This document shows, in pieces, positions 1 to 11,454 of a DNA stretch of 64,000 nucleotides. The stretch comes from Halarcobacter sp. (lineage in GTDB: Bacteria; Campylobacterota; Campylobacteria; Campylobacterales; Arcobacteraceae): positions 2,016,001 through 2,080,000 of the forward strand of contig CP182352.1 in the NCBI GenBank assembly GCA_048571215.1. Direction: 5' to 3'. The notes below the pieces were generated by a model. The model made no database searches, was not told the origin of the DNA, and saw only the letters and a program-made list of their open reading frames with translations. The translations under genes were made by a program, and so were the position numbers. Within the stretch, counting starts at the first letter, position 1; the number at the start of each line of letters is the position of its first letter.

Positions 1-994
1 ACTCTTTTGCCTCTTCTAAGATATTTTTTTCACTTCTTGTTCTTATTGTTCGTCCTTGATGAACTCCAATTGCACAAAAATTACACTCTCCCCAACATCC
101 GTGATGAGTTTGAATAGAAAACTTAATAGTCTCCAAACATTTTACTTTTCCTTGGGGTTTATGGTATGGGTGTAAATCCCTTTGATAAGGATACATTGCA
201 ACTTCATCCATCTCTTTTTCATCTAAATAATCACAAGGTGGATTTTGAATAGAATATCTACTATCCACTTTTTGACAAAGACCTTTTGCATTTATTGGGT
301 CATTGTTTTTATAAAACTCATCAAAAAGATCAATATATTTGTTTTTGTCTTTTAAACACTCATCATGACTTGGGATTTGAATATACTCCTCTACTGGCTC
401 TTTAGAGATATAACATACTCCCCTAACCTCTTTAGGATCTTTACCTTCAGCTAGAGCCTTTGAAAACTCTTTAATAGCTATCTCTCCCATTCCATAGATT
501 AGATAATCAGCCTTAGCATCAAAAAGTATTGGCTTTCTAAGTTTATTAGACCAAAAATCATAATGACTAACTCTTCTAAGACTTGCTTCAATCCCACCTA
601 AAACAATAGGAACTGTATTTTTAAAATATCGTCTAATTAAATTAGTATATACCAATGTTGCCCTATCTGGTCTTTTATCATTTTTCCCACCAGGGGTATA
701 ATCATCACTATTTCTAAACTTTTTTGTTGCCGTATAGTTTGAAACCATAGAGTCGATACTTCCACCACTTACACCCCAATATAGTTTTGGCTCACCAAGT
801 CTTGTTATATCATCATTTTTTACATCAGGTTGTCCAATAATACCAACTTTAAAACCTAGTTTTTCAAGTATTCGTCCAACTACTGCAACACCTATAAAAG
901 GTGAATCAATATATGCATCTCCACTTATTAGGATTACATCACATTGTTCCCAGCCCCTTTTATCCATTTCCTCTTTTGTTGTGGGTAAAAACAT
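1..994 (-). CDS. YgiQ-family radical SAM protein (runs off the window edge)
   Basis: Not in the ORF track. Manual translation from ATG at 994 gives MFLPTTKEEMDKRGWEQCDVILISGDAYIDSPFIGVAVVGR..., with a CxxxCxxC motif (GCWGECNFC) near nt 80-110. Confidence 0.9.
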   Translation of the reverse strand, partial: MFLPTTKEEMDKRGWEQCDVILISGDAYIDSPFIGVAVVGRILEKLGFKVGIIGQPDVKNDDITRLGEPKLYWGVSGGSIDSMVSNYTATKKFRNSDDYTPGGKNDKRPDRATLVYTNLIRRYFKNTVPIVLGGIEASLRRVSHYDFWSNKLRKPILFDAKADYLIYGMGEIAIKEFSKALAEGKDPKEVRGVCYISKEPVEEYIQIPSHDECLKDKNKYIDLFDEFYKNNDPINAKGLCQKVDSRYSIQNPPCDYLDEKEMDEVAMYPYQRDLHPYHKPQGKVKCLETIKFSIQTHHGCWGECNFCAIGVHQGRTIRTRSEKNILEEAKE

Positions 995-1004
995 TTAACT
1001 TCTT

Positions 1005-1802
1005 TTAAATTTTTCTTGCTAGTTTTCTAGCTAGCATGTATATATTGGATTTCCACTCATGAGCAAAAATATTATTCTCTATAATCTTAGCACCTATATG
1101 CCCTGCTAAAGATTGTGCAATCTCATAGGATTTATCTTCTTTTATAATTATTTTTCGAAGATTCTTTTTTCGTGCAAATCTAATAAAATCAGGGACCTCT
1201 TTTATACTTAAATATTTGTATTTATTTTTGTAAACTTTTAACCTAAACCTTGCTGCTAAATAATCCCAATAGTCTCCATAAGTTAAAAAGCCATACACTT
1301 CACTATTTAAAATATCACTTCTCATATCTAAATAGAGTTCATCCAATTCCTTTAAAAACTTATCTAGGTTTTCTTTAAAAAACACTCTATCTTCCCTTTG
1401 AACCTTTATTAATTGCTCATAAATATTTTTTGCAATCTTTCTAACCAATAAAGGATCCATCCAAACATAAGGGTTTTCTTTATTGTTTAATTTTATCTTT
1501 TTTATACCCTTTGTTATATCTACTACTTTTAAATAACTATTTTTAGATAAAAAAAGTTTTGATAATTCTTTTTCATTTTCCATTCCAAAGGTAAAATAAA
1601 ATTTGCTATTAGAGAGCTTATTTACAACTCTACTATCTTTTTTTTCAAACTTATTTTTACTTTCATAAACAGTTCTAATATAAACTTTATTTAATGCAAT
1701 TTTTTCTATAAAATATTCTTGAACTGGGTAAGTTACAGTTATAACTGTATTTGAAAAAAGGTAAAGGGGGAGGAACAATAATATAAGTAATAGTTTATAC
1801 AT
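1005..1802 (-). CDS. ZnuA/TroA-like metal ABC transporter substrate-binding protein (degenerate ligands)
   Basis: Signal peptide; motifs VTYPVQEYFIEKIA and ENPYVWMDP resemble the ZnuA family. Confidence 0.7.
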   Translation of the reverse strand: MYKLLLILLFLPLYLFSNTVITVTYPVQEYFIEKIALNKVYIRTVYESKNKFEKKDSRVVNKLSNSKFYFTFGMENEKELSKLFLSKNSYLKVVDITKGIKKIKLNNKENPYVWMDPLLVRKIAKNIYEQLIKVQREDRVFFKENLDKFLKELDELYLDMRSDILNSEVYGFLTYGDYWDYLAARFRLKVYKNKYKYLSIKEVPDFIRFARKKNLRKIIIKEDKSYEIAQSLAGHIGAKIIENNIFAHEWKSNIYMLARKLARKI

Positions 1803-1825
1803 ATTATTGTCCTTTTATTATAGGC

Positions 1826-3592
1826 TTAAGCCTCTAGGTTTTTTCTAACTCTAATGTTTAATTCTTTTAATTGTTCATTATCTACGCCACTTGGAGCTTG
1901 CGTTAATAAACATTGTGCTCTTTGAGTTTTAGGGAAAGCTATAACATCTCTAATAGAATCAGTACCTGCAAGTAACATAATCATTCTATCAAATCCCATT
2001 GCAAATCCACCATGACTAGGAGCACCATATTTTAATGCTTCAAGTAAGAAACCAAATTTTTCTTGAGCTTCTTCATCAGAGATTCCCATTAGTTCAAATA
2101 CTTTTGATTGGATCTCCTCTTTATGAATTCTTATTGACCCACCACCAAGCTCTGTACCATTTAAAACAATATCATATGCAATTGATTCTAACTCTTCTAA
2201 ATCTTCAATATTATCTAAATCAAATTTATCTAAATTTGGCATAGTAAATGGATGGTGTAAAGCTTTTGTTCTACCATCTTCAATCTCAAACATAGGGAAA
2301 TCAACAACCCATACAAACTCGAAGGCATCTTGAGGAATAATATCCATTTGCTCTGCAAGATATAATCTAAATCTTCCCATATAATCACATACAGTTTTTT
2401 TATCACCAGCTCCAAAGAATACAACATCTCCTACTTCTAATTGTGTTGTTTTAACAATAGCTTCTAAATCATCTTCGCTAAAGAATTTAGTTAAAGGACC
2501 TTTCAATCCATCCTCTTTCATTTGGAAATACCCAAGTCCTTTTGCTCCAAATTTTCTTACATAGTCTTCAAAACCTTTCATTTGTCTTTTTGAGAAAATA
2601 TTATCCCCATTTGGACATCTTAAAGCTTTGATTCTATTGTTTTTAGTATCTTTTGCAATTGAAGCAAAAATCTCATTTGTAGAGTTAGCAAAAATATCAA
2701 TCACATCAACCATAGCCATATCAAATCTTAAATCTGGTTTATCAGAACCATATTTTTCCATTGCATCTTTATAAGTCATTCTTGGGAAAGTTGTAGGAAC
2801 ATCTTTTCCACATGCTTTAAATGTATCATGGATAAGTTTTTCAGCTACATTTATAACATCTTCTTGAGAACAAAAACTCATCTCAACATCTATTTGAGTA
2901 AATTCTGGTTGTCTATCTGCTCTTAAATCTTCATCTCTAAAACATTTTGCTATTTGAAAATATTTATCAAATCCAGATACCATTAAAAGTTGTTTAAATA
3001 ATTGTGGTGATTGAGGCAATGCATAAAACTCACCTGGATGAACTCTACTTGGTACAAGATAATCTCTAGCACCTTCTGGTGTTGATTTTGTTAAAATTGG
3101 AGTTTCTACATCTAAAAATCCAAGCTCATTTAAACAATTTCTAACTGCAATATTCGCTGTACTTCTTAGTTTGAAAATATCGTATGATCTTTTAGTTCTA
3201 AGCTCTAGAAATCTATTTTTTAATCTAATCTCTTCATTTACTTTTTCATCACCTAATTCAAATGGCATAGGTTTTGATCTGTTTTCTATTACTAAGTTAT
3301 CAACAACAATCTCGATTTTACCAGTTACAAGATTTGGATTTTCTAATCCCTCACCTCTTGCTCTTACTTTTCCAGTAGCAATCAAAACAAATTCATCTCT
3401 AACACTATCTGCTACTTTCCATGCGTCTTCATTGTCTGTAGGGTCACAAACAAGTTGAACTAAACCACCTTTATCTCTTAAATCTATAAATATAATTCCA
3501 CCATGGTCTCTTCTACTATTAACCCAACCTGCAACAGTTACAATCTCATCAATATTTTTTTCAGTTACTTCAGTACAATAATGCGTTCTCAA
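1826..3592 (-). CDS. aspS: Aspartate--tRNA ligase
   Basis: MRTHYC start, [32 protein letters not shown]. Confidence 0.98.
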   Translation of the reverse strand: MRTHYCTEVTEKNIDEIVTVAGWVNSRRDHGGIIFIDLRDKGGLVQLVCDPTDNEDAWKVADSVRDEFVLIATGKVRARGEGLENPNLVTGKIEIVVDNLVIENRSKPMPFELGDEKVNEEIRLKNRFLELRTKRSYDIFKLRSTANIAVRNCLNELGFLDVETPILTKSTPEGARDYLVPSRVHPGEFYALPQSPQLFKQLLMVSGFDKYFQIAKCFRDEDLRADRQPEFTQIDVEMSFCSQEDVINVAEKLIHDTFKACGKDVPTTFPRMTYKDAMEKYGSDKPDLRFDMAMVDVIDIFANSTNEIFASIAKDTKNNRIKALRCPNGDNIFSKRQMKGFEDYVRKFGAKGLGYFQMKEDGLKGPLTKFFSEDDLEAIVKTTQLEVGDVVFFGAGDKKTVCDYMGRFRLYLAEQMDIIPQDAFEFVWVVDFPMFEIEDGRTKALHHPFTMPNLDKFDLDNIEDLEELESIAYDIVLNGTELGGGSIRIHKEEIQSKVFELMGISDEEAQEKFGFLLEALKYGAPSHGGFAMGFDRMIMLLAGTDSIRDVIAFPKTQRAQCLLTQAPSGVDNEQLKELNIRVRKNLEA

Positions 3593-3648
3593 AACTTGAC
3601 TCCGTCTTTTATTAAATTAACGCGATTTTATCTAAAATTTACTTAGGT

Positions 3649-4761
3649 TTAATTTAGTTCTATTTTTTCAAAACCATAAGCAGTACTCTTATATAAAACT
3701 AGTTGGTATTGTGCTTGATTATCAATAACCTCAGTTTTAACAATCTCTGGGTCATTATTTAAAAAATAATTTACCCCCACCAAGGAAGAATAATCAACCC
3801 AATTATATACAATATCAGCCCCCAATAAAGAAGTATACTCTTCAATAAAACTATCACTTTCAGCTATAGAATTTACTACAAAAAAATTCGTTCTATCGAT
3901 ATCTTGAGTTAATTTTATCAAAAGTGGGTCATAATTTAATTGAGTAGATAAAATATTTATAGGTTCAATCTCATAGGCTGTTAATTGAGACATTATTATA
4001 GATGATTTTATTATAGGAGTATTTAACATAACAGTGCTTCCTTTTAATCTTTCATCATCCATTATATATTTGTATTGATTATTGCTTCTTTCAATTTTTT
4101 TAATATTTGTATTTAGACCAAAAATCGATATATAAGAATCTCTAAGTTTATTTCCAATATAAGACTCTACATAAAACATACTATTGTTTTCACTTGAAAG
4201 AGAGTGTAATAATTCTAATTGTTTATCATAAGAGATACCACCAAAAGAGAAGTTTTCATTATCTGTTTCTATCTCATTTTTATTTATCAAAGAAAAATAT
4301 ATCTTCATATCATCAAGTTCTGTTGCTTGGTTTAAAATATTAAACCCAATTTGTGTATTTAAAGATATTACTTTTTTAAAACCTTTCTCTTTAATCTTTT
4401 CCAATTGAAAATTGATATTATTTGGATTTTCATCTATAGTATCAAATGTTTCAAAAATAAAAGGTTTTTTTGTAAATATAAGATATGAAGTTAATGTACT
4501 TATAGTACTTTTTGCATAGGGACCTACAACTTGAGAAGGATAAATAAGTGCAATTCTATTATATGCATCCTCTTCAACCACTTGCGGTTTTTCAATGACA
4601 GGTTTAACTATTTCTCCAACAAGTTCATCATAAGACTGAAGAATTTTTTCCTCTTTTACTATTTTAGGTTTATTTGTTTTTTTTGGTGTAATTACAATAG
4701 TTTTTTGTGTACATCCAACAAAAAAGAACCCTATAATTAATAAACTTAGTATATTTTTCAA
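3649..4761 (-). CDS. Hypothetical lipoprotein
   Basis: 370-aa ORF with lipobox FFVGC. Confidence 0.7.
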   Translation of the reverse strand: MKNILSLLIIGFFFVGCTQKTIVITPKKTNKPKIVKEEKILQSYDELVGEIVKPVIEKPQVVEEDAYNRIALIYPSQVVGPYAKSTISTLTSYLIFTKKPFIFETFDTIDENPNNINFQLEKIKEKGFKKVISLNTQIGFNILNQATELDDMKIYFSLINKNEIETDNENFSFGGISYDKQLELLHSLSSENNSMFYVESYIGNKLRDSYISIFGLNTNIKKIERSNNQYKYIMDDERLKGSTVMLNTPIIKSSIIMSQLTAYEIEPINILSTQLNYDPLLIKLTQDIDRTNFFVVNSIAESDSFIEEYTSLLGADIVYNWVDYSSLVGVNYFLNNDPEIVKTEVIDNQAQYQLVLYKSTAYGFEKIELN

Positions 4762-5423
4762 TTTGACTCCAAAATAGATTTTATTTTTAACATATCATGA
4801 AAGGCTTCTTTTTTAGCAGAAGGATTTCTTATAAGAAAACTTGCACTAAAAGTAGGAAGCAACATATAGTTTTTGAAATTTATAACTTGACCTCTAATTT
4901 GATTAAAGTTTTGTTTATCATTGTATAAGTAGTGATAACTCTTTTCTCCTAAAGTTACAATTAATTTAGGTTTTATCAAATCAATTTGTTTATGTAAATA
5001 GGAACTACAACTGCTATAATGAGAACTCTCTATACCATTTAAACTTTTACATTTAACCAAATTTGTTATATATATATCCTCTTTTTTCAAGGGTAAAACA
5101 TTTTCAATCATTTTTCTTAAAAGTTCACCACTTTTGCCTACAAAAAAACTATTTAGTTCATCTTCACTTTTTGTTGGCTCATCACCAATAAACATTAAAG
5201 TTGCATTTACATTACCTTCACCAAAAAGAACATTTTTTCTTGATTTTGATAATTCACATAAGTGGCAATTATTAACAATAGAATTTAAATCTATCATATT
5301 ATTAGGTAATTCATGGGAATTTACATCATTATTTAATAATTTAATATTAGCATGATAATCATACCCCATTGATTTAAGAAAATTTAATTGATATAAAATT
5401 TTATTTTTTACGGCTTTTGTCAT
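4758..5423 (-). CDS. Uracil-DNA glycosylase family 4-like protein
   Basis: CHLC...KC...C Fe-S ligands, YITNLVKC, LIRNP. Start moved to ATG 5423 (MTKAVKNK). Confidence 0.8.
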   Translation of the reverse strand: MTKAVKNKILYQLNFLKSMGYDYHANIKLLNNDVNSHELPNNMIDLNSIVNNCHLCELSKSRKNVLFGEGNVNATLMFIGDEPTKSEDELNSFFVGKSGELLRKMIENVLPLKKEDIYITNLVKCKSLNGIESSHYSSCSSYLHKQIDLIKPKLIVTLGEKSYHYLYNDKQNFNQIRGQVINFKNYMLLPTFSASFLIRNPSAKKEAFHDMLKIKSILESN

Positions 5424-5481
5424 GCAAAATTGTACAAGAAAAGTACTTTTGAATATATTATTTAAAGAAAATATTTTATAT

Positions 5482-6735
5482 TTACAAAATCTCACCATCA
5501 TCTAAGATAATATTATTTCTACCTTTTTCTTTTGCCAAATATAAAAGCTCATCCGCTTTTTTCATCGTTTCATCATAAGAACTATATTTTTTTCTAAAAG
5601 TAACTCCCGCACTAAACCTTACATCTATTTTATTTTCATTTGCAACAAACTTGTTATTAGAGATAATATTTTTTACTCTTTGAAGATAGTTTTTAACTTC
5701 GATTTCATTGCCATAATGGATTAAAGCAATAAACTCTTCTCCTCCATATCTTGAAATGATATCACCTGATCGTGTAAGTTTATTTAGAATATTTGCAAAT
5801 TTAGTAAGTATTATATCACCTGATTCATGTCCATAGGTATCATTGATTTTTTTAAAAAAATCTATATCATAAAATATAATCGCATAATATGAATCAAAAA
5901 CATTATATTCATTTTCAATACGTTCAAGTTCGTTCATATATGCACGTCTAGTTAAAGTTCCAGTTAAAAAATCTGTAGATTTTTCCTCTTCTGCTTTACT
6001 TAGATTATATTGTAAAATCTCAATTTGCTCATATAAATCAACACACTTAGCTTGGTTTTCATCTAAAAGTGTGGTACTATTTATCAAAGCAGTTTCAAAC
6101 TTATTTACAATTTTCAACATCTCATCTTGTAAATGTTTTATCTGTTCTTGTGATGAATTTGAAAGATTTAGATTTTCTAAATCATCTTTTATCTTTAAAA
6201 CTTCATCTTTCGTAGTATCATGTTCTAATATCACATTTTTTAAATGTTTTTCAAAAAAATCTATCAAAAGTTTTATATCAGTAGTTTTTTCTTCAAATAA
6301 TTGTTTATCTAATTGAACTCTTTTATCTGTGTACATTCTTAGAGTTCTCATAGTATCATCATTTACTAAAGTGTGTGGTTTTTTTGCAATATTAAATATG
6401 AGGTCTTGAAGTTTATTACTATTATAAGTTGCAACAGAAGGAGATACAAAATATATAAAATGCTTTAAAAATTGTTTTAATTCTTGATTTGAGACTCTAT
6501 TACTTAAAATTTTTGCTAAATTTAAAGTAGTTTTATCTTTATTGAAAAAAGAAAGTTTTTCATTCACATCTAAAGAATCAATAAGATATTGAAACTCTTC
6601 ATGATCTTCTAAAATAATATCACTATCTGATAATAAAGAGTAAAACTCTTTTTCAAAATTACTAGGGGTAATTAATATATTATTATTTTTTAAATTTTTT
6701 AGTGCTATTTCTAATAATAATGTAATACTCTTCAT
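5482..6735 (-). CDS. Diguanylate cyclase (GGDEF domain)
   Basis: DIDFFKKINDTYGH and RYGGEEF. Confidence 0.92.
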   Translation of the reverse strand: MKSITLLLEIALKNLKNNNILITPSNFEKEFYSLLSDSDIILEDHEEFQYLIDSLDVNEKLSFFNKDKTTLNLAKILSNRVSNQELKQFLKHFIYFVSPSVATYNSNKLQDLIFNIAKKPHTLVNDDTMRTLRMYTDKRVQLDKQLFEEKTTDIKLLIDFFEKHLKNVILEHDTTKDEVLKIKDDLENLNLSNSSQEQIKHLQDEMLKIVNKFETALINSTTLLDENQAKCVDLYEQIEILQYNLSKAEEEKSTDFLTGTLTRRAYMNELERIENEYNVFDSYYAIIFYDIDFFKKINDTYGHESGDIILTKFANILNKLTRSGDIISRYGGEEFIALIHYGNEIEVKNYLQRVKNIISNNKFVANENKIDVRFSAGVTFRKKYSSYDETMKKADELLYLAKEKGRNNIILDDGEIL

Positions 6736-6784
6736 TACTTTACTCTTTTATATTATAATGAAAAGTATAACATATTAGAAATAA

Positions 6785-6824
6785 AAATAGGAGATTGAAC
6801 TTATTGTAAACAACCTCTTATTTA
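6785..6824 (-). terminator. Probable intrinsic terminator after infA
   Basis: On the minus strand AATAAGAGGTTG...CAATCTCCTATT forms an imperfect stem followed by a T-rich run. Confidence 0.5.
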
Positions 6825-7036
6825 TATCTGTGAGTAATTCTACCCTTATCTAATGAATATGGTGTAATCTCTACTTTAACTTTATCACCAGGTAATATTT
6901 TAATGTAGTGCATTCTCATTTTTCCTGAGATATGACATAATACAACATGACCATTATCTAACTCAACTCTAAACATAGCATTAGGTAAAGCTTCAATCAC
7001 TTTTCCATCAATTACTATTACATCATCTTTTGCCAC
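6818..7036 (-). CDS. infA: Translation initiation factor IF-1
   Basis: [26 protein letters not shown]. Confidence 0.98.
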   Translation of the reverse strand: MAKDDVIVIDGKVIEALPNAMFRVELDNGHVVLCHISGKMRMHYIKILPGDKVKVEITPYSLDKGRITHRYK

Positions 7037-7050
7037 TTTTTCTCCTAAGT

Positions 7051-7815
7051 TTATTCTTCTACTTGACTTAATATAACTGCTTTTCCATCAATTACAGCAA
7101 CTGTATGCTCATAGTGACTACCTCTTAATCCATCTTCACTTACAACATCCCATTCATTTTCTAAAATAACTGGCTCTCGTAATTTCTGACAAATCATTGG
7201 TTCTAAACAAAAAACCATACCATTTTTGATTTTTGGTCCTGATTTAATATTTGGAGCATCAACATAATTTGGAATCTCTGGTTCAGTATGGGGTTTTTTA
7301 CCTATACCATGACCACAAAATCTAATCAAAGGTTGATAACCTCTATCTACTATGAAGTTTTCAATCTCTTTTGAAAGCTCTTTAAATCTCATACCCTCTT
7401 TGATTATGTCTATTGCATAATATAAAGCATCTTTTGAGCATGCTATTAAATCTTCATCCTCTTTTGAGATTTTTCCTATAGGCATAGTAATTGCTGCATC
7501 ACCATACCAGCCATCGATTTCACTACCTATATCTAAGCCTAAAATATCACCCTCTTTTAAAACTTTATCATCAGGAATACCATGAATAATAACTTCATTT
7601 AAAGAGGTACAAACACCTGCAGGGAAACCATAAAGACCTTTAAATGCAGGTCGTGCATTAAGAGTAGCTAAATACTCTTCTCCCATTGCATTCACTTCAT
7701 TTAATGTCATACCAGCTTTTACATTTTGTTTTAGATAGTTTAGAGTCTTCGCCACTGCTTGAGAAGCAGTGCGAAGCTTAGAAATTTCGTTAGGTTTTCT
7801 TAAAGGAATAGCCAT
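7051..7815 (-). CDS. map: Methionine aminopeptidase type I
   Basis: HGIP, GHGIG and HYEHT motifs; lies after secY. Confidence 0.97.
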   Translation of the reverse strand: MAIPLRKPNEISKLRTASQAVAKTLNYLKQNVKAGMTLNEVNAMGEEYLATLNARPAFKGLYGFPAGVCTSLNEVIIHGIPDDKVLKEGDILGLDIGSEIDGWYGDAAITMPIGKISKEDEDLIACSKDALYYAIDIIKEGMRFKELSKEIENFIVDRGYQPLIRFCGHGIGKKPHTEPEIPNYVDAPNIKSGPKIKNGMVFCLEPMICQKLREPVILENEWDVVSEDGLRGSHYEHTVAVIDGKAVILSQVEE

Positions 7816-7820
7816 AAGTT

Positions 7821-9083
7821 TTACAGTCCAACTGCACTTAAAGTTTCATATTTATTCATATATTGCTGTGCTTCAATTTTTCTCATAGTATCAATTGCAA
7901 CTTGAACTACGATAAGAACTGCAACCCCACCAAAATAGAATGGAACTCCCATAGCTTTTACTAAAAGCCAAGGTACAGTTGAAACTAGCCCCATATAGAT
8001 AGCTCCCCAAAAAGTTAGTCTACTTGCTGTTTCATTTAAAAATGCTGCAGTTCCTTCTCCAGGTCTAATACCAGGGATAAAACCACCTTGTTTTTTTAAG
8101 TTTTCTGAAATATCTTTTGCATTAAATGTAATTGATGCATAAAAGAATGCAAAAAATACTACAAATAAGAACATTAGAAAGTTAAATGTATATGATGTAG
8201 GACTTAAAAAATCTGCAACCATTAAAAGGTATTTATTTTGGCTACCTTGTAATACTGTTGCAGGAAACATTAAAATTGCACTTGCAAAAATTGCTGGGAT
8301 AACACCAGATAAGTTAACTTTGATTGGAATATAATTCATAACTCTTTTTTTCTGATTTTGCATCATAACTTTTCTAGAGTATGAAATAGGAACTCTTCTT
8401 TCACCCAATTCAACATAAATAATAGCTCCAACTGTTGCTAATACAATAACTAATATTGCAATAACAGTTAAGAAATTCATTTGTCCATTATTAACTAAAT
8501 CAATTGTACCACCTACTGCACCTGGAATTGCCGAAACAATACCTGCAAAGATAATAAGTGAGATACCGTTACCAATACCTTTTTGTGTGATTTGTTCACC
8601 AATCCACATTAAAAGCATAGTACCAGTTACCATTGAGATAGAAGATACTGCTACAAATACATCCATATCTATTGAGATAGCACCTTGACCATTTTGACCA
8701 GTTAATGAATTAAGACCCATAGATACACCAATAGATTGGATAAGTGTAATTACAATTGTTGCATATCTAATGATTTGCATATATTTTTGCATACCATCTT
8801 TTTCTTTTTTCATTTTACCAAGTGCGGGGAAAGTTGCTGCTAGAAGCTCCATAATAATCGAAGCTGTAATATAAGGCATAATACCTAGTGAGATAATACT
8901 TAGTCTAGAAACTGCATTACCACTAAACATATTTACAAGACCTAGTGCGTTGTTTGCGTTTGAATCGAAGAACTCTTTTACTACGTCTATGTTCACTCCA
9001 GGAACTGGCACATAAGCCAGTAACCTATAGAGTAAAATAAAACCTAATGTAATAAGAATCTTATTTATTAGATCTTTATTCAT
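7821..9083 (-). CDS. secY: Preprotein translocase SecY
   Basis: LGIMPYITASII, GIGNGISL, FIPGIRPG. Confidence 0.98.
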   Translation of the reverse strand: MNKDLINKILITLGFILLYRLLAYVPVPGVNIDVVKEFFDSNANNALGLVNMFSGNAVSRLSIISLGIMPYITASIIMELLAATFPALGKMKKEKDGMQKYMQIIRYATIVITLIQSIGVSMGLNSLTGQNGQGAISIDMDVFVAVSSISMVTGTMLLMWIGEQITQKGIGNGISLIIFAGIVSAIPGAVGGTIDLVNNGQMNFLTVIAILVIVLATVGAIIYVELGERRVPISYSRKVMMQNQKKRVMNYIPIKVNLSGVIPAIFASAILMFPATVLQGSQNKYLLMVADFLSPTSYTFNFLMFLFVVFFAFFYASITFNAKDISENLKKQGGFIPGIRPGEGTAAFLNETASRLTFWGAIYMGLVSTVPWLLVKAMGVPFYFGGVAVLIVVQVAIDTMRKIEAQQYMNKYETLSAVGL

Positions 9084-9085
9084 AA

Positions 9086-9484
9086 TTATTTACCAGTAGT
9101 AGTTACGTTTTCGTCTTTAATCTTAGATGCTAAATCTTTAGCAGCTGAACCGATTAATTTAACTTTAGTAACGCTTCTTGATAGTTTGTATACCGATTTA
9201 ATTGATTCAACTGTAATTTCTTCAAGTGCTGCCACTTGTTTTATTCTATCTACATTGATTGAATATGGTTTTTCTACTCTAGAAGTAAAACCAACTTTTG
9301 GAAGTCTTTTATAGATTGGTTGTTGACCACCCTCAAAACCTCTTTTGATTTTATATCCAGATCTAGCTTTTTGACCTTTGTTACCTTTACCGGCAGTTTT
9401 ACCAGTTCCAGAACCTTGACCTCTACCTAGTCTCTTAACATTTTTTGTACTACCATCTGCTGCTTTTAAATTATCTAATGCCAC
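9086..9484 (-). CDS. rplO: 50S ribosomal protein L15
   Basis: [23 protein letters not shown]. Confidence 0.98.
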   Translation of the reverse strand: MALDNLKAADGSTKNVKRLGRGQGSGTGKTAGKGNKGQKARSGYKIKRGFEGGQQPIYKRLPKVGFTSRVEKPYSINVDRIKQVAALEEITVESIKSVYKLSRSVTKVKLIGSAAKDLASKIKDENVTTTGK

Positions 9485-9487
9485 ATC

Positions 9488-9931
9488 TTATCCTTTAATT
9501 CTTGCTAATGCTTCAACTGTAGCTTGTACAAGGTTATTTGGATTGTTTGAACCTAAAGATTTTGCAATAATATCTTTAACACCAGAAAGTTCAAGTACTG
9601 GTCTAGCTGCACCACCTGCAATTAGCCCTGTACCTTCAGATGCTGGTTTAAGTAAAATTTTACTTGAATTATACTTATGTTCAATATCATGACAAATTGT
9701 AGTACCATTAATATTAACTTTTACTAAAGACTTAAATGCATCATCTAAAGCTTTTTTAATTGCATCAGGAACCTCTTTTGCTTTTCCTGTACCAAATCCA
9801 ACTGTACCGTTTTTATCTCCAACAACAACTAATGCTGTAAATCTGAATCTTCGTCCACCTTTTACAACTTTTGTTACTCTTCCGATTTTAACGATTGCTT
9901 CTTGAAAATCTTCTCTATTTACTGCTGCCAT
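9488..9931 (-). CDS. rpsE: 30S ribosomal protein S5
   Basis: [14 protein letters not shown]. Confidence 0.98.
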   Translation of the reverse strand: MAAVNREDFQEAIVKIGRVTKVVKGGRRFRFTALVVVGDKNGTVGFGTGKAKEVPDAIKKALDDAFKSLVKVNINGTTICHDIEHKYNSSKILLKPASEGTGLIAGGAARPVLELSGVKDIIAKSLGSNNPNNLVQATVEALARIKG

Positions 9932-9940
9932 CATTAACCC

Positions 9941-10300
9941 TTATAATTTGATACCGTTATCTCTTAATGCATCAGCAAAACTTGCTACTACACCATGATA
10001 AAGATAACCATTTCTATCATAAACTACTGTTTCGATTCCAGCAGCTTTCAATTTTTCTGCAAACTCTGCAGCTACTTTAACTGCATTTTCTTTACTTACA
10101 TTTAATCCTAGTGCTTTAGAGTTTATCGCTGCTAAAGTTACACCAGCAACATCATCTATTGCTTGTGCGCTTAAATATTTGTTTGATTTAAAAACAGATA
10201 CTCTAGGTGTTTGTGCAGTACCTTTAATACTTCCTCTAACTCTTCTTTTTCTGATTGCTCTTAAAGAGTTCTTTTTTGCTATATCTTTTGCTCTACTCAT
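9941..10300 (-). CDS. rplR: 50S ribosomal protein L18
   Basis: DRNGYLYHGVV. Confidence 0.97.
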   Translation of the reverse strand: MSRAKDIAKKNSLRAIRKRRVRGSIKGTAQTPRVSVFKSNKYLSAQAIDDVAGVTLAAINSKALGLNVSKENAVKVAAEFAEKLKAAGIETVVYDRNGYLYHGVVASFADALRDNGIKL

Positions 10301-10310
10301 TTTTCACACC

Positions 10311-10847
10311 TTACTTCTTAGCAGTTTTTCCGGCTTTTCTAACGATATGCTCGTCAGTATATTTAACACCTTTACCTTTGTATGGTTCTGGTTTTCTAAA
10401 GCCTCTGATAATTGCTGCAGCTTGACCAACTTGTTGTTTGTCAGCACCTTTTACGTGAACAATGTTTTTTTCTACTGTAACTTCTAAACCTTCTGGGATA
10501 TCGTAGTTAATAGGGTGAGAATAACCTAATTGTAATTCTAATACTTTTCCTTTAACTGCTGCTCTATAACCAACACCATTGATCTCTAAAGATTTTGAAA
10601 AACCTTCATTTAAACCAACAACTGCATTGTTAATTAAAGCTCTATAAGTTCCCCAGAATGCTGATGATTCTTTATCTTCACCAACTCTATCTAAAACTAC
10701 ACTTGAATCTTCAACTTTAACTCCAACTCTTCCGTGTGTTTCAACAGGGATAGCTTTGTTACCTTTTTTTACTGTAACTACTGTTCCGTCAACTGCTACT
10801 TCAACTCCACTTGGGATTGCGATAGGTTTTTTTCCAATTCTAGACAT
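10311..10847 (-). CDS. rplF: 50S ribosomal protein L6
   Basis: [17 protein letters not shown]. Confidence 0.98.
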   Translation of the reverse strand: MSRIGKKPIAIPSGVEVAVDGTVVTVKKGNKAIPVETHGRVGVKVEDSSVVLDRVGEDKESSAFWGTYRALINNAVVGLNEGFSKSLEINGVGYRAAVKGKVLELQLGYSHPINYDIPEGLEVTVEKNIVHVKGADKQQVGQAAAIIRGFRKPEPYKGKGVKYTDEHIVRKAGKTAKK

Positions 10848-10856
10848 TACACTCTC

Positions 10857-11255
10857 CTACCATACAGTACATAGTACTTCGCCACCAACATTTGCAGCGA
10901 CTGCTTCATCATTAGAGATTACACCCTTATTTGTTGAAACGATAATTGTACCATATCCATTTTTAAAACTTTTGATTTCAGAAGCACCTTTATAAACTCT
11001 TCTTCCTGGAGTAGAAACTCTTTTGATTTCGTTTATAACTGACTTATCATTGTCATCATATTTTAAAGTAACTTGAACTGAGTTTTTATTATTCTCACCT
11101 TCAACTACTTTATATCCTTCAATGTATTCTTTTTTAAGTAATACTTCTAAAATTCCTACAACTGCATTAGAATGTAATAATGTTGCAACTTCAAGTTTTC
11201 TCATTGCAGCATTTCTAATTCTGGTTAAAGCATCTGCGATTATATCATTCATCAT
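10857..11255 (-). CDS. rpsH: 30S ribosomal protein S8
   Basis: [19 protein letters not shown]. Confidence 0.98.
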   Translation of the reverse strand: MMNDIIADALTRIRNAAMRKLEVATLLHSNAVVGILEVLLKKEYIEGYKVVEGENNKNSVQVTLKYDDNDKSVINEIKRVSTPGRRVYKGASEIKSFKNGYGTIIVSTNKGVISNDEAVAANVGGEVLCTVW

Positions 11256-11268
11256 AGCTTTTATTCTC

Positions 11269-11454
11269 CTACCAACTAGATTTTTTAACGCCAGGAAGTA
11301 ATCCCTCGTTAGCCATTTTTCTTAAACACACTCTACAAAGACCAAAGTCTCTATATACTGAGTGTGGTCTACCACAAACTGAACATCTAGTATAAGCTCT
11401 TACTTTATACTTAGGTGTTCTTTTTTGTTTAGCGATCATTGATTTCTTTGCCAT
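11269..11454 (-). CDS. rpsN: 30S ribosomal protein S14 (zinc-binding type Z)
   Basis: 61 aa with CSVC and CRVC. Confidence 0.97.
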   Translation of the reverse strand: MAKKSMIAKQKRTPKYKVRAYTRCSVCGRPHSVYRDFGLCRVCLRKMANEGLLPGVKKSSW

